Positions 1 through 8,712 of a DNA stretch of 30,881 bases are shown here, piece by piece. Source of the DNA: Candidatus Zixiibacteriota bacterium (GTDB taxonomy: Bacteria > Zixibacteria > MSB-5A5 > WJJR01); contig JAVHPP010000140.1 in assembly GCA_036170655.1 (NCBI GenBank), positions 1 through 30,881 of the forward strand. Reading direction: 5' to 3'. Position numbers and translations under genes: made by a program. The notes beneath the pieces were generated by a model. It worked only from the letters and a program-made list of their open reading frames with translations. It was not told where the DNA came from and ran no database searches. The number at the start of each line of letters is the position of its first letter. Position 1 is the first letter of the stretch.

Positions 1-58
1 CAGCGATCAGAGATCGCTGCCACACAGTCACGTTCCTGGAGCATACCGGCCACCCGCC

Positions 59-134
59 GTAGCAAGAATCTGAACCAAGGGCAACAATCTCCACCTGTAG
101 TAAGAGTCTGAACCAAGGGCAACGATCTCGACCC
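59..134. repeat. Tandem direct repeat, 2 x 38 bp
   Basis: gtagcaagaatctgaaccaagggcaacaatctccacct (59-96) followed directly by gtagtaagagtctgaaccaagggcaacgatctcgaccc (97-134); 33/38 identical, no spacer. Confidence 0.9.
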
Positions 135-221
135 TCGGGGACAATTCTGCTCGGCCGTGGCGTGGGCGCAATTGGCAAGTTTTTGCTTGTCTGAGGCGCG
201 AGGCGCTTTTACACTCTCCCC

Positions 222-2495
222 ATGAGTGACACCCACTTCAAACCACATATCGCCCCGAGCGAGTCCATTACCGAGTTCACGCTCAAGGGGCTGGCGCTGG
301 GATCTGTGCTGGGAATCGCCTTTGCGGCGTCGTCGGTGTACCTGGCCCTCAAGGTGGGGCTGACCGTCTCGGCCAGCATTCCCATCGCGGTGCTGAGCAT
401 CACGATTTTCCGGGCGTTTGGCCGCGCCACGATTCTGGAAAACAACATGGTGCAGACGGTCGGTTCGGCGGGCGAATCGATTGCGGCGGGGATCGCCTTT
501 ACCCTGCCATCACTCCTGCTCATGGGTCAGGACTTGGAGTTCTTGCGCGTGCTACTGGTCGGACTTCTTGGCGGCATCCTCGGCGTCCTGATGATGATCC
601 CGCTGCGCCAGGGGCTGATCGTGCAAGAGCATGGGAAGTTGACGTACCCCGAGGGAACGGCCTGTGCGGACGTGCTGATTGTAGGCGAAAAGGGCGGCAC
701 GACGGCGAAGACGGTTTTCCTGGGCGCCATCCTCGGCTTTTCGTATGCGTTTTTCAATTTGATCACACGTTTCTGGAAAGACACGTCGGACTGGACGATT
801 CGCTTTTTCAAGGGCGCGTCGATTTCGGCCGAAGTCTCCCCCCCGCTTTTGGGGGTGGGATATATCATCGGTCCCAAGACATCGGCCAACATGATGGCCG
901 GCGGCTCGCTGGCGTTTATCGTTCTCATTCCGATTATCCACGCCTTTGGCGACGCGCTCAACACGGTCATTTTCCCGGCCACAAAGCTGATCCGTGACAT
1001 GAGTCCGGGCGAGGTGCGCAACGCCTATGTGCTGTACATCGGCGCGGGTGCGGTGGCCACGGGCGGAATCATCAGCTTGGTTCGTTCGATTCCCTCGATA
1101 GTCGGAGCGTTCAAGCGCGGTGTGGGGTCGCTCCGGGCCGCGCGCAAAGGCGGACCGGCGCAGGCGGTCATCCGGACCGAGCGGGACATTCCGCTGACCT
1201 GGGTACTCGGCGGCATCTTCGCGCTGATCATCGGTATCTGGGTCGCTCCGATCCTGAACATCAACCTGCTCTCGGCGGTGTTGATTGTCCTGTTCGGGTT
1301 TTTCTTCGTGACGGTGTCCAGCCGCATTACGGGCGAGATCGGCTCATCGTCGAACCCGATATCGGGGATGACCGTCGCCACGCTGCTGATCACGTGCCTG
1401 CTTTTTCTGGCCGTCGGCTGGACGGGAATCTCTTTCCGGGCGATGGCGCTGACAACAGCCGCAATTGTCGCGGTGGCCGCCTCGAATGGCGGGACCATCT
1501 CGCAGGATTTGAAGACCGGCTTCCTGGTCGGAGCCACGCCGTCACGTCAGCAGCTCGGTATCTTGGTTGGCGTTGTGACCAGCGCACTGGTCATTGGCTG
1601 GACCGTCTTGTTTCTCAATCAGTCGAAGACCACATACTCGGCCCGCCAGTACCCACAGTTCACGGCAAGTGTTCTCACGGGCGCGGGCATGGTCCAGCAC
1701 GAGGGAAAGTCTTACCGGAAGATTTCGGTGCCGGAACTGACCAACGGTGTTCCAACAGGCCGCTACTTGGTCGATGAAAACGGCAAGATCGTCTATCTGA
1801 TTGACCCGGGCGTCTGCGGCACCGATGTGGAACGTCAGGAACCGGTGTCCGGCGCGGATTATGCCACGTTCAATGCCGGCGCGCTGCCGGATTCGACGCC
1901 TACGTTACTGACCGTGGCCGGCCCTGCCAAGATTTTCACGCTGGGATCTTCACAAGGTGGTATTTCGTCGGGGCGTTACCTTGTGGACAGTACCGGCCAC
2001 ATCACACACAAGTTGGTCCCGGTGACCAAGTTCGACGCGCCAAAGGCACGGTTGTTCAGCCTGATCATCGATGGGATTCTCACCCATAAACTGCCGTGGG
2101 CATTGGTCTTGGTTGGCGTGGCGTTGGCGTTGATGATGGAACTGGTTGGGGTTTCGTCGCTCCCCTTTGCGGTCGGCTGTTATCTGCCCATTTCCACATC
2201 GACACCGATTTTCGTGGGCGGTATGATCCGCCATTACGTGGACAAGAGAAACAAGGGCAAGTCGGAAGAGGCCGAGTTCTCGCCAGGCGTGTTGCTTTCG
2301 AGCGGGTTAATCGCCGGGGGAGCCATTGCGGGGCTGGGGCAGGCGTTGGTGCAGGGGTTCAGCTGGGATGCCGCTTGGGACAAGTCGGCATGGTTGGGAG
2401 GCATGGCGGGGAATGACCTGTGGGCGCTGATTCCTTTTGTGGGGCTGGCGCTGGTTCTTTTCGTCGTCGCCGGCAAGCGACATAACAATAAGTAG
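222..2495 (+). CDS. OPT family oligopeptide transporter (YSL-like), with an inserted soluble domain
   Basis: 757 aa, very hydrophobic. Family motifs YLALKVGLTVSASIP, ILENNMVQTVGSAGES, LTYPEGTACA, GSSSNPISG, QDLKTGFLVGATP, APKARL, SSGLIAG. Confidence 0.93.
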   Translation: MSDTHFKPHIAPSESITEFTLKGLALGSVLGIAFAASSVYLALKVGLTVSASIPIAVLSITIFRAFGRATILENNMVQTVGSAGESIAAGIAFTLPSLLLMGQDLEFLRVLLVGLLGGILGVLMMIPLRQGLIVQEHGKLTYPEGTACADVLIVGEKGGTTAKTVFLGAILGFSYAFFNLITRFWKDTSDWTIRFFKGASISAEVSPPLLGVGYIIGPKTSANMMAGGSLAFIVLIPIIHAFGDALNTVIFPATKLIRDMSPGEVRNAYVLYIGAGAVATGGIISLVRSIPSIVGAFKRGVGSLRAARKGGPAQAVIRTERDIPLTWVLGGIFALIIGIWVAPILNINLLSAVLIVLFGFFFVTVSSRITGEIGSSSNPISGMTVATLLITCLLFLAVGWTGISFRAMALTTAAIVAVAASNGGTISQDLKTGFLVGATPSRQQLGILVGVVTSALVIGWTVLFLNQSKTTYSARQYPQFTASVLTGAGMVQHEGKSYRKISVPELTNGVPTGRYLVDENGKIVYLIDPGVCGTDVERQEPVSGADYATFNAGALPDSTPTLLTVAGPAKIFTLGSSQGGISSGRYLVDSTGHITHKLVPVTKFDAPKARLFSLIIDGILTHKLPWALVLVGVALALMMELVGVSSLPFAVGCYLPISTSTPIFVGGMIRHYVDKRNKGKSEEAEFSPGVLLSSGLIAGGAIAGLGQALVQGFSWDAAWDKSAWLGGMAGNDLWALIPFVGLALVLFVVAGKRHNNK

Positions 2496-2516
2496 GGTGG
2501 GGGCCTTACACCCACC
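2492..2516 (+). repeat. GTAG-type REP-like palindrome
   Basis: gtag (overlapping the OPT stop) followed by stem ggtggg-N9-cccacc. Confidence 0.55.
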
Positions 2517-2587
2517 ATTTCGGATTTTGGTCAAATAAGGTCGGGAACGAATTCTTGGGTCGCGAGTAGTAGACTGTGAGGGCATGG

Positions 2588-2896
2588 ATGATTACGAAGG
2601 AAATGGTCTTGGACAAACTGAATGGGTGCTATGACCCGGAAATACCAATGGTCTCGATAGTCGATCTGGGGCTGATCTATGATGTCCGGATCGACGGCAA
2701 AGATAATGTGTCAGTTGACATGACGTTGACGGCGCAGGGCTGTCCGATGCATCAGCAGATGTCGTTGGACGCCAAGACGAGGTTGGAAGAATTGCAAGGT
2801 ATCGGGAATGTGTCGGTGAATGTGGTCTGGGATCCGCCATGGACCCCGGAACGCATGACCACCAAAGCCCGGCAAAAGTTGGGTTGGACCAACTAA
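2588..2896 (+). CDS. Metal-sulfur cluster assembly factor (DUF59 / SufT / PaaD-like)
   Basis: DPEIP-x-SIVDLGLIY, TLTAQGCP and VWDPPWTPERM motifs; ATG 2588 preferred over GTG 2576. Confidence 0.9.
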   Translation: MITKEMVLDKLNGCYDPEIPMVSIVDLGLIYDVRIDGKDNVSVDMTLTAQGCPMHQQMSLDAKTRLEELQGIGNVSVNVVWDPPWTPERMTTKARQKLGWTN

Positions 2897-3009
2897 CAGT
2901 GGCAACAAACGAGTGGCCATGGAGGGCCACCGTCTAACCTCAAACCATGGGAGGGCGTATCGAATCCATTCCGCACAAGGTTTCAACCAGATTTTGCCGT
3001 CTTTTTTGC

Positions 3010-3039
3010 TTGACAAAAGGCGGGCCAGTGGGCTATTTT
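3010..3039 (+). promoter_or_regulatory. Putative sigma70 promoter for the 3230 gene
   Basis: TTGACA (3010-3015), 18 bp spacer, TATTTT (3034-3039). Confidence 0.5.
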
Positions 3040-3229
3040 AGCATGGAATCAAAGGGATCGCCCTCACGATCCACGGACACCTTGGGTTAAGAAAGTATTT
3101 GACCTCGCACGTCAGCCCTTCACCGCGCTGGATTTGACCGTGGTGAGATTTGTTTGGCGCAAATCTTTTGACGGAGAGAGGAACGGACAGGATGTTCAAA
3201 CCAACACTAACCCGAACGGGGGTGGCAAG

Positions 3230-4096
3230 ATGATGCGTTTAGGCAAATGCCTGATCGTGGTCATGGTAGCGCTGGCGCCGACAATGGTAATGTCGGCATC
3301 GGGACCGGCGAGTATGGATGCTCTGAGCGTAGGCACGCCGTCACTGGCGGCCTCGGCAGGGAATACCAATTCCCTGTCGATTACGGTCCCCATCAACATG
3401 TCGAACCTGAAGGCCCTGGCAGCGGTTGATATTCCGTTGCGATTTGGGCAGCCAGGCGACGGCATCACACTTCAAGCGGTGAACTTCAATTCGCGTTTCA
3501 GCAGCGCGGACGTGAAGATCGCCAAGATCGACAACGACAACAAGACGGTCATCATCGCCGTGATTCCGATGGCGTTCAGTGCGTCGAAGCGTGAGATCGA
3601 CGCGGGGAATGGCGCAATTGCCGACCTGGTGTTCGAAGTCAGCGATCCGACGATGGCGTCATTTGACATTGAGGCGACGACAATGAATCGCCCGTCCCAC
3701 CGGTTAATGTGGGTCTACAATGAATGGGTCAACGGTGTTCCGCACGTGCGTTCGACCACGCCGGTTTTCGACAAGGTCACGGTTTCCGTGACGGCGGCGA
3801 ACGCTTCGCCCGTACCGACGAAGTACGCGCTCTTGCAGAACTATCCGAATCCATTCAACCCATCCACCCAGATCGCCTATGCGTTGCCGACGTCAGGAAA
3901 CGTGAGCCTGACGATTTACAATATCCTCGGCCAGAGCGTGAACACGCTGGTGAACGGGTATCGTGAAGCCGGCGCCTATCAGGAAACATGGGATGGCACG
4001 GACAACCACGGTTCGACGGTGGCGTCGGGGATTTATTTCTACCGGATCCAAGCCGACAATTTCGTCGCGACCAAGAAGATGACACTGCTGAAGTAG
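3230..4096 (+). CDS. Secreted cohesin-like domain protein with FlgD/T9SS type A-like C-terminal domain
   Basis: Signal peptide MMRLGKCLIVVMVALAPT. Cohesin-like beta-sandwich (ITVPINMSN...VDIPLRF...IDNDNKTVII...AGNGAIADLVFEV). Tail YALLQNYPNPFNP...IYNILGQ...WDG...SGIYFYRI...KKMTLLK. The TTG 3134 extension looks non-coding. Confidence 0.8.
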   Translation: MMRLGKCLIVVMVALAPTMVMSASGPASMDALSVGTPSLAASAGNTNSLSITVPINMSNLKALAAVDIPLRFGQPGDGITLQAVNFNSRFSSADVKIAKIDNDNKTVIIAVIPMAFSASKREIDAGNGAIADLVFEVSDPTMASFDIEATTMNRPSHRLMWVYNEWVNGVPHVRSTTPVFDKVTVSVTAANASPVPTKYALLQNYPNPFNPSTQIAYALPTSGNVSLTIYNILGQSVNTLVNGYREAGAYQETWDGTDNHGSTVASGIYFYRIQADNFVATKKMTLLK

Positions 4097-4122
4097 TCCA
4101 GTCATCGACCAAGCACAACAAG

Positions 4123-4151
4123 AAACCCCGTCGGCCAAGGCGGGGTTTTTT
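4123..4151 (+). terminator. Rho-independent terminator
   Basis: Stem aaaccccgtc / ggcggggttt with 6-nt loop and T-run, starting 27 bp after the stop at 4096. Confidence 0.85.
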
Positions 4152-4282
4152 GTTGGGGGCGGTTCATTCACAGGATGCCCATGACTCCGGAGGATACTGA
4201 GAGTCTGTGCACCACGGACCTCAGCGCTTGTTGAAAAACCCCGTTTGAGTTCGGGTTGTGCGTCTGGTGCCCCCGCAGCTTG

Positions 4283-4403
4283 GGGGCCTGTTGAAAAAGC
4301 TCATCGTGCACCAAAAAAGGGGCGGACAGGAGTGTCCGCCCTACCAATAAATGCAAATATCGGCAGGCCGGACACTCTTGTCCGGCCTTTTTCAACAGGC
4401 CCC
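4283..4403. mobile_element. MITE-like element with 17-bp perfect TIRs enclosing a REP doublet (copy 1)
   Basis: ggggcctgttgaaaaag (4283-4299) / ctttttcaacaggcccc (4387-4403), with ttg on both flanks (possible 3-bp TSD). Internal palindromes ggggcggacaggagtgtccgccctac (4319-4344) and gcaggccggacactcttgtccggcc (4363-4387). Confidence 0.7.
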
Positions 4404-4444
4404 TTGGCTGTGGGCATCGTTCCGATCATCCCACGGCCACCCGC

Positions 4445-4594
4445 CTCCGGATCGCCGCTTTCGTCTGTCTGGGATTCATCATCGGCGGTTATTTCGGCGC
4501 CAAAGTGGCTGTCGGTCTTTCCAACGATCTCTTGCGGCGGATATTCGGGGTCGTGCTGCTTGTGGTGGCGGTGAAGATGATACTCGGCAAATAG
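4445..4594 (+). pseudogene. 3' remnant of a TauE/SafE (TSUP) family sulfite-exporter gene
   Basis: Frame absent from the ORF track reads LRIAAFVCLGFIIGGYFGAKVAVGLSNDLLRRIFGVVLLVVAVKMILGK*, a typical TSUP C-terminus; no start codon or 5' part. Confidence 0.72.
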
Positions 4595-4614
4595 ATTGGG
4601 ACTCTGTCTCACTC

Positions 4615-4684
4615 CTACGCCCGGCAGAACTTCTTGTCGAAATCGACGATGGGGATTTTCACCATGGTCGGGCGGCCGTGGGGG
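4615..4684 (-). repeat. Displaced duplicate of the mutL 3' end (att-like direct repeat of 8713-8782)
   Basis: Encodes PHGRPTMVKIPIVDFDKKFCRA*, identical to the MutL C-terminus. 40 bp perfect identity (4617-4656 = 8715-8754), 6 synonymous third-position changes, and TAG instead of TGA. Confidence 0.93.
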
Positions 4685-4950
4685 ACATGGTGCCCGTGAC
4701 GAAGGCCCGGACGGGTTCGTGGGTCTTCCCCGCTCAGGAGAACAAGGCTCCTGACCTACGCTTCTGTGAAAAGAAATTTGTCCCAAAACGCTTGACAAGT
4801 CTCCCCCCCCTAAGCGCACCTTATGCTCACTTTGTGTCGTCGCCCGGAGACGGGGCGCAAGGACATGTGGAGATTCCACACCTGAAAAGGGAGCCGTCGT
4901 CAGCAATCGTTGCTGATGCTCGCTCTACTGCCATCGAAGGAGGAGGTCCT

Positions 4951-6246
4951 ATGGGCAAGATTCGGTCACGATCTTCAGGAAACTTCGATCCGCGGCCGGG
5001 TCGGTGCAGGCCGGTGCACCCGGTCATCCCCGTGATCGGGGCCGCCTTGGCCGTCTGGCTCGTCTTCAGCGGGCTGGCTATCGGGGGCACGCGGACGTAC
5101 GAGATTTCCTCCGTCCGGATGAGGAAGACGACATCGACGAGTATCTGGCCAGCGTTCAAAGACGGACGGCAAAGAACCGCAGCGGACGTCGAACGCACAG
5201 AAACGGCTGACGGCCGTTGGGCGCTCGAAACTTCCGGGTCCGGCGACGAGAAGGATGAGGGCTGGCTGTACGGCAGATTTGTCGACTCAACAGGGAAGGT
5301 GATTTGGGAAGATACGGTTGGCTACGCAAACTATCTGTCAACGACACACACGGCGTTCGTTACCTCGTCACCCTTCTCAACGGACATCAGGCTTTACAAC
5401 CTCGAAGTTGGCGCAAGGCCGCTGCTAACCGTTCGAGAAACGAGTGGCAAGCAGATCATCCAATCACCTGACGGTGAGGCATTCGCGCTCGTGGGACACG
5501 AGCGCGTCACTGCGATCTCGGTGAACGGCGGGATTCTGGGATCCTTTCCCCTCCCTGATTCCGAACGAACCTTTCTCTGCGCTGCCCTCGCGGACAGCGG
5601 CCTTTATGTCGCTATCGGGGAATCGAAGTCCGCGATTCCAGCCAAGCCTGCAGTTGGGACACAGGAGGGGGTGGGGGGCAGGCCTGGAGGGGAGTCGACA
5701 CGCGATCACCGCATGAGAGGACACGGTGCGGCGAGCAGGCCTAGAGAGAGGGCACCTGGTAAAGGTCTTTCACCGGGACCTTCCCCGACCAGCCCCATCT
5801 CAGAAACAACGTACAATGGAGTTGCTGTCTACGATCTAGCGGGGCACCTCTTGGGATCGATCAATATGCCGAGCCAGTCGGAGTATCCCCGTCTTGTCAC
5901 GATATCGGGTGAGAACCCGCCGAGGGTGGCGGTCGCGTCGGACAAACGCACGTCCGTGTGGACTGTTGATGGCCGGATGATCTGGCAGGACTCAACCAAA
6001 TCAGGTGGATCTGTGCTGTATTTTACCCGTGACCGACACCTCGTGTCGTTGGCCAGCGGCGCGCCAGGCACCCGGACCTTGAGGATCTGGGATGCAGCGG
6101 GGCATCTGGATAACGAGTTGGCCTTTCCATCGGCCGTCGTGGAGGGTGCGCCAAGCATCGGCTTCCGAAGCTTCGCCGGGGATAGCCTGCGCGTCGAGAC
6201 AAGCCGGGGTTCGGTGGTTGTCAGGTGGTCGAATGGGACCAAGTGA
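4951..6246 (+). CDS. Hypothetical exported/membrane-anchored protein, probable beta-propeller-like fold
   Basis: Strong RBS GGAGGAGG before ATG 4951; hydrophobic segment VIPVIGAALAVWLVFSGLAIGG; blade-like strands (DSTGKVIW, IRLYNL, SPDGE, DSGLYVAIG, VAVYDLAG, WTVDGRMIW, LRIWDAAG); one G/P/R-rich insertion. The fold is an inference. Confidence 0.7.
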   Translation: MGKIRSRSSGNFDPRPGRCRPVHPVIPVIGAALAVWLVFSGLAIGGTRTYEISSVRMRKTTSTSIWPAFKDGRQRTAADVERTETADGRWALETSGSGDEKDEGWLYGRFVDSTGKVIWEDTVGYANYLSTTHTAFVTSSPFSTDIRLYNLEVGARPLLTVRETSGKQIIQSPDGEAFALVGHERVTAISVNGGILGSFPLPDSERTFLCAALADSGLYVAIGESKSAIPAKPAVGTQEGVGGRPGGESTRDHRMRGHGAASRPRERAPGKGLSPGPSPTSPISETTYNGVAVYDLAGHLLGSINMPSQSEYPRLVTISGENPPRVAVASDKRTSVWTVDGRMIWQDSTKSGGSVLYFTRDRHLVSLASGAPGTRTLRIWDAAGHLDNELAFPSAVVEGAPSIGFRSFAGDSLRVETSRGSVVVRWSNGTK

Positions 6247-6298
6247 TCTGAATGATGAGCAGGTCAATTGGATTAGTACTCCTTCGGAGGAACAGATC

Positions 6299-8362
6299 AT
6301 GACAAAGCTTGTTCGGGCGATTGGAGTCCGGCTACTCTTCATTATCGCTTACTGCCTTGCACCGGGAGTGTCATCGCCATCGCCAGAGGCGGTGTACAAC
6401 CCCGTTACTCCGGTTCTTCCAACGTTGTTCGATCACCGCTGGCCCTCGGAGAATCCGCTTTTCTCCACGGAATTCGGATGCGGCTACGTACAGCCAACCG
6501 TTTCTGCAGTACTCGGAGAGTTCAGGCCCAGTGGTGGCGGGCACTATCATGGCGGCGTGGATGTCGCAATCGGTGCGGGGGATCCAGTCTATTCGGTGCT
6601 CCAGGACTTCGTCTTCGTGGATCTTGTAGACTACAACAATCATGAAGTCGGGATCCGAGTACGCTGGACCACGGGGGAGAAGACGTACTATCGTTACCTG
6701 CACGTGGATCCTTATGTGGGTTTTTGGGACACCCTTAAGGTCAACGATGAAATCGTCTGGAACCCCTCCGCGCTGGGCCGCTATTACGACTCCCTCTCGG
6801 GCAGGTGGAAGTGGCCAGTCCAATTGCCTATCTGCCGCGTGGCGAATATCACAGGGATCCCGCAGCACCTCCATTACGAGGAAAACTGGTGGCACCCCAG
6901 CAATGGATCGTGGATCAGGTACAATCCTCTCCTTTGGCTCTGCCCTTGGACAGACACCAGCGGTGCGCGCATCGAGGACGTAGCGGCCTATACAGGCAGC
7001 GGGACAAGGATAACGACCGGGCAGGGGACAGAGAGCAATCCCTGGATTGTGACATCTGATTTCGACCTGCGTGTCCACGCCTATGACACGCTCCCGAACC
7101 GCCTGAGCAACAAGGCCGGTCTCTGGAATGCTGGGGTCGACGTGAGGGATCCTTATGGGATCAACCCCCTTCCCACCGATCCGGTGCTTGGGCCATGGTT
7201 CTCGTTTCTGCCGCGCCAGGCGTCGCAGTACGAGAATGTCGTCAACACCGGGTTCTCCTATGTTTATGATGCTTCTGTCTCCAGTCAGTCGGACTATTAC
7301 TACTGGGCAACGAACAGCTATGACGAGGTCAACGGTGGCATCGACTGGGAGATCAAGACTCTCTACCTCACTCCTTACACGAAATACAAAATCACGGTTT
7401 CGGCCACTGATTGGGACTGGAACTGGGCTGACGACACGGTTTGGGTCGTGTACGACGACGGCAGCTGCACGTGTCCATCATATCAGGGTGACCTGAATCT
7501 CGACGGCGTTGCCAACACGATTGCCGATGCAGTGACCTACAGCAACTACTTCATCGGGGGCATCGGCGCCTTCGAGACGGACCCGAATCTGCAGATTCTC
7601 GCGAGCGACGTGAACGACGACGGTGTCGTTCTGACGGTGGCGGACCTGGTCTACTTGATCCGCATCATCACGGGCTACGCCCAGCCGTGCCCACTGTGTG
7701 GCAATCCGAAGATGTCCCCGTCGTCCGGACAGGCCAACGCGATTGTCAGCGTTGGTGCTGACCGTGTCACGGTGACGGCCAACTCGTCCGTCGATCTGGG
7801 CGGCGCGGTGCTCACATTCCGCTATTCCGGCTTGACTGTCGGCGATGCGGCGTTGTCCAGCGCGGCGTCGCAGATGGCCGTCATGACGAAGGCTGACCGC
7901 GGCGAAGCGCGTGTTCTGGTTGTGCCCTCGATGTCTGTCAGGGGTGCGCGGATTAACGCTGGTGTCAGCGAGATCCTGTCTCTCCCGATTTCGGGCGAAG
8001 GCACAATCGAGCTGGTCAGTGTTGAAATGTCCGATGCCAGCGGCGCTCTGTTGAGCGCCACCAGCGCCAAGACCAACCCGCTCCCGCAGTCGTACGCTCT
8101 GTTGCAGAACTATCCGAACCCCTTCAATGCTGGAACGGTCATTTCGTTCAACTTGAAGGACGCGTCGGATTGGACGCTGCAAGTGTACAACATCACCGGC
8201 CAGACGGTGCGTACGTTCTCCGGTAACAATGGCGCCGGCCAGGTCCATGTCTCTTGGGACGCGACAGACGGCCGGGATCAACCTGTCCCGACAGGGGTCT
8301 ATTTCTACTCACTTCGTACTCGGGACGGTCTGCTGTCAAGAAAAATGGTTGTCCTCAAGTAG
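6299..8362 (+). CDS. Secreted M23-like metallopeptidase with dockerin-like module and FlgD/T9SS type A-like C-terminal domain
   Basis: RBS GGAGG before ATG 6299; signal peptide; M23 motifs HGGVD (HxxxD), YLH and HLH (HxH). Dockerin-like pair GDLNLDG...IADAV / SDVNDDG...VADLVYL (7487-7675). Tail LLQNYPNPFN...GVYFY...KMVVLK. Confidence 0.8.
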   Translation: MTKLVRAIGVRLLFIIAYCLAPGVSSPSPEAVYNPVTPVLPTLFDHRWPSENPLFSTEFGCGYVQPTVSAVLGEFRPSGGGHYHGGVDVAIGAGDPVYSVLQDFVFVDLVDYNNHEVGIRVRWTTGEKTYYRYLHVDPYVGFWDTLKVNDEIVWNPSALGRYYDSLSGRWKWPVQLPICRVANITGIPQHLHYEENWWHPSNGSWIRYNPLLWLCPWTDTSGARIEDVAAYTGSGTRITTGQGTESNPWIVTSDFDLRVHAYDTLPNRLSNKAGLWNAGVDVRDPYGINPLPTDPVLGPWFSFLPRQASQYENVVNTGFSYVYDASVSSQSDYYYWATNSYDEVNGGIDWEIKTLYLTPYTKYKITVSATDWDWNWADDTVWVVYDDGSCTCPSYQGDLNLDGVANTIADAVTYSNYFIGGIGAFETDPNLQILASDVNDDGVVLTVADLVYLIRIITGYAQPCPLCGNPKMSPSSGQANAIVSVGADRVTVTANSSVDLGGAVLTFRYSGLTVGDAALSSAASQMAVMTKADRGEARVLVVPSMSVRGARINAGVSEILSLPISGEGTIELVSVEMSDASGALLSATSAKTNPLPQSYALLQNYPNPFNAGTVISFNLKDASDWTLQVYNITGQTVRTFSGNNGAGQVHVSWDATDGRDQPVPTGVYFYSLRTRDGLLSRKMVVLK

Positions 8363-8445
8363 GAGTAATAGATTTGCAGAAGAATGCAATGAAAAGACAT
8401 GCAATCTCTTGGATGCTGACAGTTGCGCCGGGTGACCCAGACGAT

Positions 8446-8578
8446 GGGGCCTGTTCAAAAACCTCGGTTTCGCTTTCCGGATGCGCGGACAGGAGTGTCC
8501 GCGCCACTGAGCGACAAGAACTTCCATAACCGGGAGTGGGGCAGACACTCTTGTCTGCCCGGTTTTTCAGCAAGCTCT
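8446..8578. mobile_element. MITE-like element with degenerate TIRs enclosing a REP doublet (copy 2)
   Basis: ggggcctgttcaaaaacc ... ggtttttcagcaagctct, with internal gcgcggacaggagtgtccgcgccac and gtggggcagacactcttgtctgccc; same layout as 4283-4403. Confidence 0.62.
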
Positions 8579-8594
8579 GAAGTCAGTGGCACAC

Positions 8595-8650
8595 GCGGGT
8601 TTCAGACCCGCCCTGCCACGGCCGGGGACGGGTCTGAGACCCGTCCCTAC
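8595..8650 (-). repeat. Two GTAG/GCAG-type REP-like palindromes
   Basis: gcgggtttcagacccgccctgc and gggacgggtctgagacccgtccctac; same family as 25468-25495. Confidence 0.7.
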
Positions 8651-8712
8651 CGGACTCTGGCTTGTGATCCCGCCTTTCTATGGAAGACATCACTCTTGCG
8701 AGGATCAGTCGC

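Noticed and set aside
59..134. CRISPR array
   Set aside because: Only two abutting units, no spacers, no cas genes.
173..187. sigma54 promoter (tggcaagtttttgc)
   Set aside because: GG-to-GC spacing is one base short of the strict -24/-12 geometry.
4351..4950. 200-codon N-terminal extension of the 4351..6246 ORF
   Set aside because: It runs through the MITE-like element, an off-frame TauE remnant and the antisense mutL tail; a strong RBS marks ATG 4951.
3824..8127. DNA repeat between 3824-3858 and 8093-8127 (31/35 identical)
   Set aside because: Explained by conservation of the YALLQNYPNPFN protein motif; no evidence that it is a recombination site.
8389..8445. Possible truncated third islet gene (MKRHAISWMLTVA...)
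   Set aside because: Too short, and there is no well-placed RBS; it cannot be supported.
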